The position numbers and the translations under genes are program-made. From an uncultured Candidatus Peribacteria bacterium (GTDB taxonomy: Bacteria > Patescibacteriota > Gracilibacteria > BD1-5 > JAGOOR01), in the NCBI GenBank assembly GCA_964603225.1, contig CAZRUI010000002.1, positions 1 through 39,406 of the forward strand: a stretch of 39,406 bases of DNA, written 5' to 3'. The notes under the pieces are model-generated. The model was not told where the DNA came from, made no database searches, and saw nothing but the letters and a program-made list of their open reading frames with translations. How positions within the stretch are numbered: the stretch's first letter is position 1; every line of letters begins with the position of its first letter. Positions 28,002 to 37,847 of the stretch are shown here, one piece after another.

Positions 28002-29369
28002 TTATTGCAGAGTATTTCTGAGCTCATCGATATTTCCTGCCCCGAGGAGGAGGATGAGAGCATTTTGCTCTTCTTCATCGACTTTTTTGAGTTGTACGCC
28101 AGCGTCTGACAGTGTACCAATATACGTGCACGGAGCATTTTTGGCAATCATCTCAGCAAGCATTTTTGCATCGATGAGATCCCGACGCTTATCTATATCA
28201 CGTGCAGCATAAATATCGGATATATACGTCATATCTGCATGTTCAAAACTCGTCGCAAAATCATCTCTGAGATCATAGGTTCGTGAGTATTGGTGAGGTT
28301 CAAAGAAAACAATGATTTTTTTGTCTGGATGAGCTTTTCGGAGTGCATGCAGGGTTGCACGAATCTCGGTCGGATGATGCCCGTAGTCACTCATAAAGAG
28401 ATTGCTGTGGGTGGTTGTCCCGAGGATTTCCATACGTCTCCAGCTCCCTGGATACTTCTCGAGAGAAGTCGCTGATTTCGCTGGGTCAATCCCTACGAGC
28501 TGACTCACAACATAGGCTAAGCTCGCATCGAGTCGGATATGATCACCCGGGACCGTCAGATATGGAAGTGTATAGGGATATTTTCCTGGCATTTTACCAT
28601 TGAATGGTTCACCCACGAGTTCATATTCCGTGTCTGAAACAAGGACTGTCGTCGGTGCAAAATCTATCATATCATGTTTGATGGCTTCATCTCTGAGCAT
28701 CACAACACACTGTGCTGACTCTGCAAAAGTATAAAAAGCATCAAAATATGCTGCTTCGGTTTTGAAAAAATCGAGATGATCAGGGTCGATATTCGTAATA
28801 ACGGCGATATCGGGGTGATAGTTCAGGAAAGCATGGCGGTACTCACAGGCCTCGATATTCATCACTCGATTCCCATTTACACGGACATTTTTACCATCAA
28901 ATGCCTTCACCAGTGTCCCCGTAATAGTCGTTGCTTCGGCTCCAGCATCATGCAAAATCGTGCCAATCATAGCGCTTGTCGTCGATTTTCCATGTGCACC
29001 AGCGACAGCGATTTTCATCGGAAATGTATGAAATACTTCTGCCAATGCCTGAGGATACGAGAGAATCTGCGCGTTATGTTTCTTTCCTGCTGCTATTTCA
29101 GCGGTATGATTGGCTCTCACGCCATCGAGACCGAGTGCATGGTCATCGATTATTGCTTCTGTGTAAATGATTTTCTCTGTGTGTTCATTGATAGCACTCG
29201 CACCGTCAGATACGATCTCTATTCCCTCTTCCTGCAACGCATCTATCAGAGGAGAGTGCCCCATATTTGTGCCCGTCACCCGATACCCATGAGTTCTATA
29301 ATATCGAGCAAGAGCTGAGATACCTATCCCGCCAATACCAATACAGTGAATATGTTTTTGTGGTGTCAT
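28002..29369 (-). CDS. murC: UDP-N-acetylmuramate--L-alanine ligase
   Basis: MTPQKHIHCIGIGGIGISALARYY...G..V.G.N and AVAG.HGKSTT.AM; Mur ligase middle and C-terminal domains. The start is taken at ATG 29367-29369 because the upstream ATG (29405) lies inside a terminator hairpin. Confidence 0.9.
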   Translation of the reverse strand: MTPQKHIHCIGIGGIGISALARYYRTHGYRVTGTNMGHSPLIDALQEEGIEIVSDGASAINEHTEKIIYTEAIIDDHALGLDGVRANHTAEIAAGKKHNAQILSYPQALAEVFHTFPMKIAVAGAHGKSTTSAMIGTILHDAGAEATTITGTLVKAFDGKNVRVNGNRVMNIEACEYRHAFLNYHPDIAVITNIDPDHLDFFKTEAAYFDAFYTFAESAQCVVMLRDEAIKHDMIDFAPTTVLVSDTEYELVGEPFNGKMPGKYPYTLPYLTVPGDHIRLDASLAYVVSQLVGIDPAKSATSLEKYPGSWRRMEILGTTTHSNLFMSDYGHHPTEIRATLHALRKAHPDKKIIVFFEPHQYSRTYDLRDDFATSFEHADMTYISDIYAARDIDKRRDLIDAKMLAEMIAKNAPCTYIGTLSDAGVQLKKVDEEEQNALILLLGAGNIDELRNTLQ

Positions 29370-29386
29370 GATATGCTGAGTATACG

Positions 29387-29414
29387 AATAAAAAATCCCT
29401 CGCAAGGAGGGATT
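29387..29414 (-). terminator. Rho-independent terminator closing the tRNA-Val transcription unit
   Basis: On the minus strand, AATCCCTC, loop CTTGC, GAGGGATT, followed by TTTTTATT. Confidence 0.7.
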
Positions 29415-29428
29415 CTGAAATCAAAATA

Positions 29429-29446
29429 GTGGGTGATAGTGGACTC
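29429..29446 (-). repeat. 18-nt exact copy of the tRNA-Val 3' end (T-loop/T-stem/acceptor, without CCA)
   Basis: GTGGGTGATAGTGGACTC at 29429-29446 is identical to 29601-29618 inside the tRNA gene. Confidence 0.85.
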
Positions 29447-29512
29447 TCGAAGCTGTGGCCGGAGAAATGCCTTGAATGGCATTTCGAGTGGCAATGGCCA
29501 TGGGAGAAAAAA

Positions 29513-29569
29513 TGGTGGGTGATAGGCGAAAAGTGAGTGAATCTCACTTTGAGCCGAACCACTGGCCTC
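29513..29569 (-). repeat. Disrupted copy of the tRNA-Val 3' half (variable loop to CCA), with the T-loop replaced by a 29-nt hairpin-containing insert
   Basis: TGGTGGGTGATAG (29513-29525) equals 29599-29611, and CGAACCACTGGCCTC (29555-29569) equals 29618-29632. The 29 nt between them contain the perfect hairpin AAAGTGAG/CTCACTTT. Confidence 0.8.
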
Positions 29570-29598
29570 GTAAAACAAATACTGTGGTGGAGTTTAAA

Positions 29599-29675
29599 TG
29601 GTGGGTGATAGTGGACTCGAACCACTGGCCTCTTCCATGTCATAGAAGCGCTCTAACCAACTGAGCTAATCACCC
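29599..29675 (-). tRNA. tRNA-Val (anticodon GAC) with encoded CCA
   Basis: Minus strand: GGGTGAT-TA-GCTC-AGTTGGTTA-GAGC-G-CTTCT-ATGACAT-GGAAG-AGGCC-AGTGG-TTCGAGT-CCACT-ATCACCC-A-CCA. This folds as a full cloverleaf with T33, GAC and A37 in a 7-nt anticodon loop. Confidence 0.85.
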
Positions 29676-29686
29676 GAACATGTCGG

Positions 29687-29713
29687 ATTGTAGAGAAAAA
29701 GACTGAAAATCAA
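29687..29713 (-). promoter_or_regulatory. Candidate promoter of tRNA-Val
   Basis: On the minus strand, TTGATT (29713-29708), a 15-nt spacer and TACAAT (29692-29687), 11 nt upstream of tRNA position 1. Confidence 0.4.
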
Positions 29714-29723
29714 AAGTTTTTCA

Positions 29724-30137
29724 TTATTTCGAGAGCTCTCGGAGGATTTGAAATTCTCCAATAATACCTCCTTCTTCAGCTGTTCACTCATCCAAGACTC
29801 GCTGTTTGAGAAGTATTTTCCCTTGTTCCAAGAAAAGTCACACATCATCACCACCTCCAGCCCACCAACAACGAACACCACTTATTTCTCCTGTTCCCAT
29901 CTCCTCGTGAGGGCGATCAAAACAGGTCCCAGCATATGTCCCCACAGTATATTTTTGTGTATCTATATCGAGCACAACTGTCGTCTGTGGAGCATCTCCA
30001 TTATCAGCGTCTTGAGTTGTATATGACCATGATACAGCAGGATTTGGATTCTGCGTACCTCTCTGAGAACGATAGAAGAAAACTGTTGTCACCAGCAACA
30101 AGACAATGATGAGAAAAAGTGGAAGAATTTTTTTCAT
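29724..30137 (-). CDS. Small secreted or membrane-anchored hypothetical protein (137 aa, two UGA-Gly)
   Basis: MKKILPLFLIIVLLLVTTVFF is a signal anchor. The 99-aa ORF continues through TGA at 29838-29840 and 29784-29786 to TAA at 29724-29726. Confidence 0.6.
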
Positions 30138-30139
30138 AC

Positions 30140-30805
30140 TTAGAGTATTTGAGCGAGGAGAGATTTTTGTTTTTCTGTGAGCTTATTTGGCATTCGTGCA
30201 TCCAATTTCAAATATAAATCTCCTGCCTTTTTACCAGCTGTTTTACCCTTTCCTTTGACCTTGAGTCGTGTTCCTGGCTTGGTGCATTCTGGAACAGTTA
30301 CCTTGAATTTCCCAGAATAGGGAGAGTCGATGGAGATTTTTGTCCCGAGAAGAAAATCCCAGATAGGCAGCTCGACGACTTGTTCCATATCGAGACTCTC
30401 TTCTTCGAAATCATCATAATACGTCTGCTTTCGTGAGGACTTTTTACCACCTCAGAAGTTCCCGAAGAGATCACCCAGGTCAAATTCAAAACTCTGTGAT
30501 GAGCCACGACCGCCCATATTGCCAAATATATCACCAAAATCAAATCCTCCGAAACCACCCTGTGCACCACCACCGCCCATATTTCAAAAATCTGCTGTGC
30601 CAAATGTATCATATTTTTGACGCTTCTCTTTGTCTCACAGAACCTGGTACGCTTCGTTTATTTCCTTAAATTTATCTTCCGCTTTTTTATCCCCCTGATG
30701 TCGGTCAGGATGCCATTGCATGGCGAGTTTTTTGTAGGCTTTTTTTATATCTGCTTCGCTCGATGATTTTGTCACTCAGAGAATATTGTAGTAATCTTTT
30801 TTCAT
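30140..30805 (-). CDS. DnaJ/CbpA-like J-domain co-chaperone, truncated architecture (four UGA-Gly)
   Basis: Hand translation gives MKKDYYNIL[G][46 protein letters not shown][G]DKEKRQKYD (J domain with HPD). A G/F-rich linker and a single beta-rich C-terminal domain follow. There is no CxxCxGxG zinc finger. Length is 221 aa. Confidence 0.85.
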
Positions 30806-30976
30806 GAGAAAATACTAACTAATGAGGATGAGAATGCAAGAAAATTAGCTAACTCAATATGTCCATTTCATTGGTTGAGAAACAGATTTTCATGACTGTG
30901 GGATATCTAAGTATGTAACTTCAAAATGACAACCATATCGTAAGAGTTGTGATTCAAAATTTTCTAAATATAGATT

Positions 30977-32155
30977 TCATTTTTCTTTTAAACCTTTAAT
31001 TTCAATGGTATAATTATCATCAGAACTATCGATAACCTGCCAATTAACGCGTTCTTGATTTCTTTCTAGCTGAAGTACTAGATCATCAAATAATATACTT
31101 CTGTGTGCTTGCGATAAAAATCTGTACCTTCTTTGGCGAGAATAATAACATAGTGCTCTTTTTTTCACTTCTTCCATTTTAGTATCATCGATATTTGCCC
31201 CAGATAATATACACGCTATAGTTCTATCTCGGATACTGTCTAAAATGCCACCCATACCCGCCACAGACAATCCACCAGATGTCTCCACGCGTATACCATC
31301 TTCATTGAGAAGATTTGCTACACTAACCGCAAGTCTATTTTTCCCAACAGCATAAACAGGTACTCGATTTTGACTAAGAATGTCAAAAGTAGATGATCAT
31401 GGGAGCTTTACGGCAGTTCATTCAGCGAAAACATCAATATCACGAAATTGTACCAGTCGACCTTGTTGTAATGATGTTCTCATAACATCAGAACCTACTT
31501 GTTCTACACCAATTAATTTGACATGAGGATGAAATTTGGTAGCAAGTGTCGTAATACCAGCAGCCAATCCTCAACCGCCAACAGGGAAAATAATAGTGTT
31601 AATGTCTGGATTTTGAGAAAATATTTCACAAGCGATAGTCCCTTGTCATGCCTGCACCAGAGGGTCATCAAATGGATCAATAAATACCGCTCCTTTTTTC
31701 TTCGCAAATTCCAAAGCAGCTTTTTTAGCATCATCAAATGTAGCTCATTCAATCTGAATACTTACATTTTCCCCTCAGAATTCTTGCGTCTTTCTCTGCT
31801 TGATATCTGGAGTTCATTCGGGCATAAACACATACCCTTGATTGCCAAAAAAACTACATGCCAGCGCAACTCATTGAGCATGATTACCGGCGCTCGCACA
31901 GACAATAAGAGGCTTTGATGAATGAACTTCATTTGTTTTTTTAATCGCCCAGAATGCTCCTCGTATTTTATATGATTTCACCCTCTGCAAATCTTCTCTT
32001 TTTAGAAAAACAGATCATTTTCAAGACAAAAAATGAGACAAACGTTTATTGTAGTCCAATTGTGTTTCCAATACACAAGAATTTCAAGGGCATTCCTGTC
32101 TGTGTTGTATAAAAAATTCATGTGCCTCAAGAATCGCATCAGGAGTAACAGACAT
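30977..32155 (-). CDS. ilvA: Threonine ammonia-lyase (threonine dehydratase, IlvA/TdcB family) with one C-terminal ACT-like domain; 11 UGA-Gly codons
   Basis: I translated 393 codons by hand: FLKREDLQ...SYKIRGA (PLP Lys), SAGNHAQ[G]VA, FPVGG[G]GLAAG, FAE[G][11 protein letters not shown]. Confidence 0.85.
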
Positions 32156-32247
32156 GTTTATCAAATTAATAGTAATTTTGTCAATTATATAGACCACTTT
32201 GACAAAATCAACTTTGCTATTTGTATATTTTTTCTATACTGCGCGTA

Positions 32248-33651
32248 ATGAAACTCCCCTACGTCCTCATCGTCTGACGCCCAAATGTTGGGAAAAGCAG
32301 CCTCTTCAATGCCTTTACAGGTCGAAAGATAGCTATTGTCGACGAAACTGCGAACACCACTCGTGACATCCTCGAATATCCGATGAAGGATTTTGAGACA
32401 GATTTTCAGTGGACTATTGCTGACAGTGGAGGACTCAATTTCGGTTCTCAACATCAGATTCTTCAAGATGTGAATAAGCGTGTCAACGAATGTGCAGAGC
32501 AAGCTGATCTCATCCTCTTTATCTGTGAATATGATCATCTGACTGACATCGATGACCACATCATCAATATGCTCCGAAAACTCGGAAAACCAGTCTGGCT
32601 CGTGGCGAACAAGGCGGACAATATAACACGTGTGAATGAAGCCTACGCACTGCTCTCAACTGGTTTCCCTGTCTACCCCGTCAGTGCTTCTCATCGAAAA
32701 ATAGATGAGCTCGAGACAGCCATTGTCGACTTTCTCCGAAAAAAATATCCAGAGCATACCGGTGCAGAAGAAGATGAAGGTATAAAAATAGCGCTTGTCG
32801 GACGTCCAAATGTGGGAAAAAGTAGCACATTTAATGCGCTCGTTGGATACGACAAAGTGATGGTCTCTGCAGAAGCTGGAACGACACGCGACCCTACCGA
32901 TACTGTCCTCATGTACAAAGGTCAGAAGCTCACCCTCATCGATACAGCAGGATTTCGAAAGCCAGGAAAAATCGGTGTCTACAATGTCGAGAGCTGGTCA
33001 GTTCTCAGAACAAAGGCCGCTGTCGAACGAGCTGATATCTGTGTCCTCCTCATAGACAGTGTCGAGGGAATCGTCCAACAAGACAAACACATCCTCGCAG
33101 AAGTTCTGGAACAGAAAAAAGGTGTCATCATCATGGTCAATAAATGGGATCTCTCTCAGGCAAAAACAGACATGGAACCAGAGATGTTTCATAAGCGTTA
33201 TCTCGCCTATCTCCAGCGTGAATTTGCCTACTGTCCTTGGGCAATGACTGTCTTCGCTACGGCCAGTGAAGGAAAGGGTGTCCGTGATATTCTGGAACAT
33301 GCTATCGGTATCTATCACGAACGTCAGAAACGTATCGCTACTGGTGAATTTAATCGATTCCTCACGAGAACCTGTCTCGAACATGCGCCAAGTGGAAGCC
33401 GAAAAATCCACAATCCAAAGGTCTACTACGGCTCACAAGTTGCCATCAATCCACCAAAATTTGTCGTGAATGTGAATAAACCTGAATTTATCCACTTTAG
33501 CTGGAGACGCTATCTCGAAAATCGTATTCGTGAGACATTTGGTTTCTTTGGAACACCAATAGAAGTCGATTATCATGGCAAAGATCCTGATAAAAACCCG
33601 TACAAACCAACGAAAGTGATGTCGAAGGCAATCAAAGTACCGAGAAAATAA
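32248..33651 (+). CDS. der: Ribosome-associated GTPase Der/EngA (one UGA-Gly in the first P-loop)
   Basis: MKLPYVLIV[G]RPNVGKSSLFNA (TGA at 32275-32277), a second G domain (IALVGRPNVGKSS.FNAL, DTAG.R) and a KH-like C-terminus. Confidence 0.92.
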
Positions 33652-33722
33652 ATCATGATCTGTTTTTATTAAAAATACTTTTTAAATTTGTTTTTCTGGA
33701 CAATGTATGGTAGATTTGTCTT

Positions 33723-36545
33723 ATGACAACTACTTATTTTGAAAAAAAAGGTGAACCGAAATCACCTGAAACACCACCTTCAACACCTTCAGAAACGCTG
33801 AATAGGAACGCAAATGCTCGGAATAATCTACAAGAAGCTCGACCTGTCGCTGATCTCAGACCGACAGTATCAATCAAACCACCCCCCCTTAAAAAAGATA
33901 CACAGGCACCAAATCCACGTCCATCAAATTGACGTAAAATGAATGCCGCACCTGTCACTTCAAGGGTTGATGGTATGAATAAACCAACTACAAAATGAGG
34001 TCTTCCTGAATACAATCTACAGAGAAATAATAATCCAATAAATAATGGTATAATAGATAATATAGAAAATCCGCCACCTGCCGCAGCACAAAATATCAAT
34101 GCAACATCTCCAGTAAAACAAAATACAAATAAACAACCTGAAAAAAAATCGGATACATCAACTCGCCAAAAAGTACAAGATTTCAATCGAGGATCACGTG
34201 AACACATAGCCAACAGCCCAGATATTCCAGCACCAAGATCAGATGAAACTGGACCACTACGAAACATGCGAGAGTATGCTCGAGAACAGCAAGAGAAATA
34301 TAGAAAGGAACAAGAGGATTCGACGCCGTCTAGCGATAGCGCCTCTTTTCGCGAATATCAAAGAAGAGAAGCTGGCCCTGGGTATCGCGATCCTCATTCC
34401 GACACTCTCTATACTCGTACCGCTCCTCAGGGACTTCATGTAGGTGCTATACCCTCTGCAGGAAGACAAAATTCACCGGAACAGCGAGATACGAAAACAA
34501 ACAAAAAACAACCCCATAATAGCCAAGCAAACAGGGAAGCAGCTAAAAACACTTCTTCTCCTTCTACAAACTCTGAAACAACGCCAGTCAAACAATGAGA
34601 AACAACAAATTCTGGTGCTCCACGAGTACGTCACAATACAGATACAGAAAGCAGAGTAGTAGTCGACAGAGAAGGTAGAAAAACAGGTGGAGAGAGACTC
34701 TCAGAAAGACGTACAGAAACTCCTGTAAGCCAGCCCGTAGTATCTCCATCGGATAGGACAAATTCTGGTGCTCCACGAGTACGCCATAATATAGATACTG
34801 GATCTACTGTTGTCGTCGATAGTGAATGACGTAAAATATCTGGTACTCGACAATCTGATAGGCCCCTCGAAAGAACAACAGTGCCAGAGACACAAACATC
34901 AAATACTTCATCTCGAGAGACACAAACAGAGACACAAGAAGCCACTCAAAAACCAGAAAAATCTGCAGTAAATACACCCTCAGCATCTCAAACACAAGAA
35001 ATGGAATTTGTAACAAGAGTAAATACACAGACTGGACAGAAAACTCTGCACTGGAAAAAGGCTACTGAAACAGCATGGCAAGGAAGTGATGGTTCTACGT
35101 CAAGTGACAATTTCCCCCAGCATTCTATTACAAGGGGGTCTCAACCGCCAACTGGATTTGAAAATCTCTACACACCGAATAATGCAACACCAAGCCAATC
35201 AACTGCAGAATCAACTACTCCAAAAAAGCCAGAAATTCCTTCAGAAACAGCACAAAACTTTGAGCCAACAGGTGATATAGATGCAGAAACAGCAAAACGA
35301 GATCAAGAAGAAATGGCAAAATACAAAGCTGACCAAGCAAAAAAGACCCCTGAACAAATAGCACAAGAACGTCGTGAGGCAAAAGAGTTGTTTGATCTAG
35401 GACGCGGAGATACAAGTGGTGTGACCGAAGTGACATGAGAAAAGGCAAGAAAATACAACACGCCTGCAGACGCTCCGGAAAATCCAGATCAAAAAACAGA
35501 TAGATCAACTCAACCGATGACAGATATCGTAGAGGGTCCAACACCGGCAATAGATACAAAGAAAAACCTACCTCCTCTGGGATGAAATCTCGCCCAAGAT
35601 ACACCATTAGCTAAGACAGACGATGGGGTCAGTCAAAATCTTGTACGCGGAGAATGAAATACCATCTACCAACCCGTCAATTTATCACCAACAGAACAAC
35701 ATCCAGAATGAGAAAGAGGACGTATTTCATATACCCCTCCTCCAAAAAATATAACTGGTGCTTTTGACCCCTATGCCGGCATGGATCGTATGCGTCAAGA
35801 AGAACAGCAAGAAGGATGGACACGATTTGAATGACCACAAGATTGGAAAGAAGGAGATAATAGAGAAACTCAATTACGACAATCTTTTGGTGACAAATGA
35901 ACAAGATTGCTCAACAATCAACAAGCTACCCACGACACTGCGGCACTATCAAAATGAGATGGTATGGTTATAAATGGATCTCCCCATCCTGATTTGGCAA
36001 AAAGACGAGCAGAAAGAGTCGCTCAGCGTAGAGCCGAACGAAGACCAACCCCTAATACAAGCCCAGATGGCTCAGTTCTCAACGATGATATCTCTACATT
36101 TGATTTTGGTGCCTCTATAGGATCTCGCCATGCTATTGTTAATAATTCTACAGGAGAAGTATGGCGCTCAAGGCAAGATCGGAGAGAAGGGAAACCGCCA
36201 GTAGCTGTACAAGTCAATCGATGATATGTCAATCGAATAGACAGTGGTGGGAGTCAAAATGCCCCAAACTCAGATCAATTACTCGAATTAAAATGACCCA
36301 ACCCGTACAATCTCCCTTTTAGTACAGAAAATCATAGAGTTTTCGTAGCAAATGGAACTATCTATGCAGGTGGCACAAATGCTGATAAAAACGGACAGAT
36401 AACAACTCGTAGGATCGGAAGATATAATGCTGATAACGGAGAAGTAGTTATCGACCAGAAAGATCCTGCTTTTATCGAATGGAGACGAAAAATGGAAAAA
36501 GATAAAGCAATTCCAACACCATTGCAAGACAATACATTGTTATAG
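33723..36545 (+). CDS. Large (940 aa) low-complexity Pro/Thr/Gln/Asn/Glu/Lys-rich hypothetical protein, 13 UGA-Gly codons
   Basis: ORF-track pieces 33723-, 34266-, 34881- and 35964- all share one frame. I checked every codom between them by hand and found no TAA or TAG from 33723 to TAG at 36543-36545. There are 13 in-frame TGA codons, a 51-aa tandem repeat, and no N-terminal signal peptide. Confidence 0.75.
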
Positions 36546-36820
36546 GATAGATATTTTGTACGGAAAAAGCTCGATAAAGGAGTTTTTGAGAGTCCTGAAT
36601 GAAATAAATCAGGGAGAAAAAATTAAAAAGGCGCTTCCACTTGATCAAAAATATCCTGGTCGAGTAAGGCTCGCAACTATGCATACTCCAATGAGTACAC
36701 TCAAAAACATATAATCAGTCGAGAAAAATAAAACAAAAAATCCTCTCGTAAACAGAGATAGAGGTGACATCAAAAAAAGAGAGAAGTGTTCACAAAGTTG
36801 ATTATAATTATATGAATCAC

Positions 36821-36849
36821 TTGACCCCCCTATCTATAAATGATACAAT
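36821..36849 (+). promoter_or_regulatory. Strong extended -10 sigma70-type promoter; predicted leaderless transcript
   Basis: TTGACC (36821-36826), a 17-nt spacer ending in TGA, and TACAAT (36844-36849). The ATG at 36856 is 6 nt after the -10 box. Confidence 0.6.
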
Positions 36850-36855
36850 AAGCGT

Positions 36856-37434
36856 ATGTCATTTGAAGCTCAAAAAAATCTCGAAAATAACAATCCTTTT
36901 AATCCGAGTCAAAACCTCGAAAAGAGTCAAAAAACTCAGTCTGCTCTCGCAGGACAAGTGCGTGAGGACAGACGAGTAAGAGATATGGCTCCTGATGAAA
37001 AGAAAAAAGTGAATGAAGTCGAGTCAGATATAAGAAATCTGATGCAACATGATGATATCATTGAGCTCAATGCGCGACTCCGAGATCCTTCTCTGAAAAA
37101 TTTCATTAGTGATACACTTCGACGCGTCATAAATGAATGGCTTCGAACTGCCAATAAAGAAAAAATAAGAGGGTATATCAATGCCAATAACATGGGTGCC
37201 GTGACCGACGAGATGGCATCACAACTCCATGAAGTCAAGGGATGATACCACGAGATTTTTCAGCGACTCGATACGGAGCTCGCCCAGCCAGAAGCTCTCA
37301 CGGATGATCGTGAAACTATCCTTGCTCTTCGGGATGAAGTAGAAGAAGCAGAGTTAATGGTGGATACCCTCCTCTCACAGCTGTCGACTATAGGTCAGAG
37401 AATGCCTGAGAGAAATTCTGGATTATCTACTTAA
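36856..37434 (+). CDS. Hypothetical helical / coiled-coil protein (192 aa, one UGA-Gly)
   Basis: The 129-aa ORF continues through TGA at 37243-37245 to TAA at 37432-37434. It is charged with a heptad-like composition. No family was recognised. Confidence 0.6.
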
Positions 37435-37442
37435 AAAAACAT

Positions 37443-37802
37443 ATGCCTACTCCAAAGAAAAAAAAGCCAGAAATACAAGTCATCGAACAAGCTCAAGCTG
37501 CCAATGAGGAGAGAGCCTATAAAGTAAATGAAATGGAGGATTTGGTACATAATTTCGATGTTCAAAAAATCCTCAATCTCAACGAAAAACTCCGAGCGTA
37601 TTATGAGAAAAAGGAAGATGAAGAAATCCTCGAGCTCCTCGATCGTATGACCGTCGTCATGAATGAGGTGAGAGAAATCATCGATCAGGTCAAAGCAAAG
37701 AGAATCTCTCTCGAACAAGGGCAGAGAGAGATACAAGAAAAACTCCAGGAAATCAACCAAGTTCTCCAGATGATGCAAGACTGGCAAGCAACTGGCCTCT
37801 AA
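37443..37802 (+). CDS. Hypothetical coiled-coil protein (119 aa)
   Basis: Intact ORF starting 8 nt after the previous gene, E/K/Q/L-rich, followed directly by a terminator. Confidence 0.6.
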   Translation: MPTPKKKKPEIQVIEQAQAANEERAYKVNEMEDLVHNFDVQKILNLNEKLRAYYEKKEDEEILELLDRMTVVMNEVREIIDQVKAKRISLEQGQREIQEKLQEINQVLQMMQDWQATGL

Positions 37803-37829
37803 AAATCCTCCATTGCTGGAGGATTTTTT
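37802..37829. terminator. Bidirectional rho-independent terminator
   Basis: AAAATCCTCC, loop ATTGCT, GGAGGATTTT, flanked by A-runs and T-runs. It lies between convergent genes. Confidence 0.8.
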
Positions 37830-37847
37830 AAAAAACCGAAAATAGAA

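Noticed and set aside
29420-29598. Possibility that the tRNA-like tail is a tmRNA, a second tRNA or a tRNA with an intron
   Set aside because: There is no 5' acceptor-strand partner (GGGTGAT) other than the one in tRNA-Val itself. I also see no D-arm, no anticodon arm and no tag-peptide reading frame ending in a stop. The pieces are 3'-half fragments only.
29296-29643. 115-aa minus-strand ORF, plus 29366-29578 and 29476-29664
   Set aside because: They span the murC 5' end, a terminator hairpin, the tRNA fragments and part of the tRNA-Val gene. His/Phe/Ser-rich artefacts of structured RNA-coding DNA.
33734-34267. 177-aa minus-strand ORF, plus further minus-strand ORFs at 34588-35028 and 35215-35607
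   Set aside because: They are antisense shadows of the 940-codon plus-strand ORF. They are Cys/Phe/Leu-rich nonsense typical of the reverse complement of a Lys/Glu/Thr/Pro-rich gene. The plus-strand frame stays open for 2.8 kb, which is far stronger evidence.
35403-35411. RGD tripeptide in the large ORF as a functional integrin-type adhesion motif
   Set aside because: A single tripeptide in a 940-aa low-complexity protein is expected by chance, and the likely hosts are not animal cells. I mention it only as a descriptive detail.
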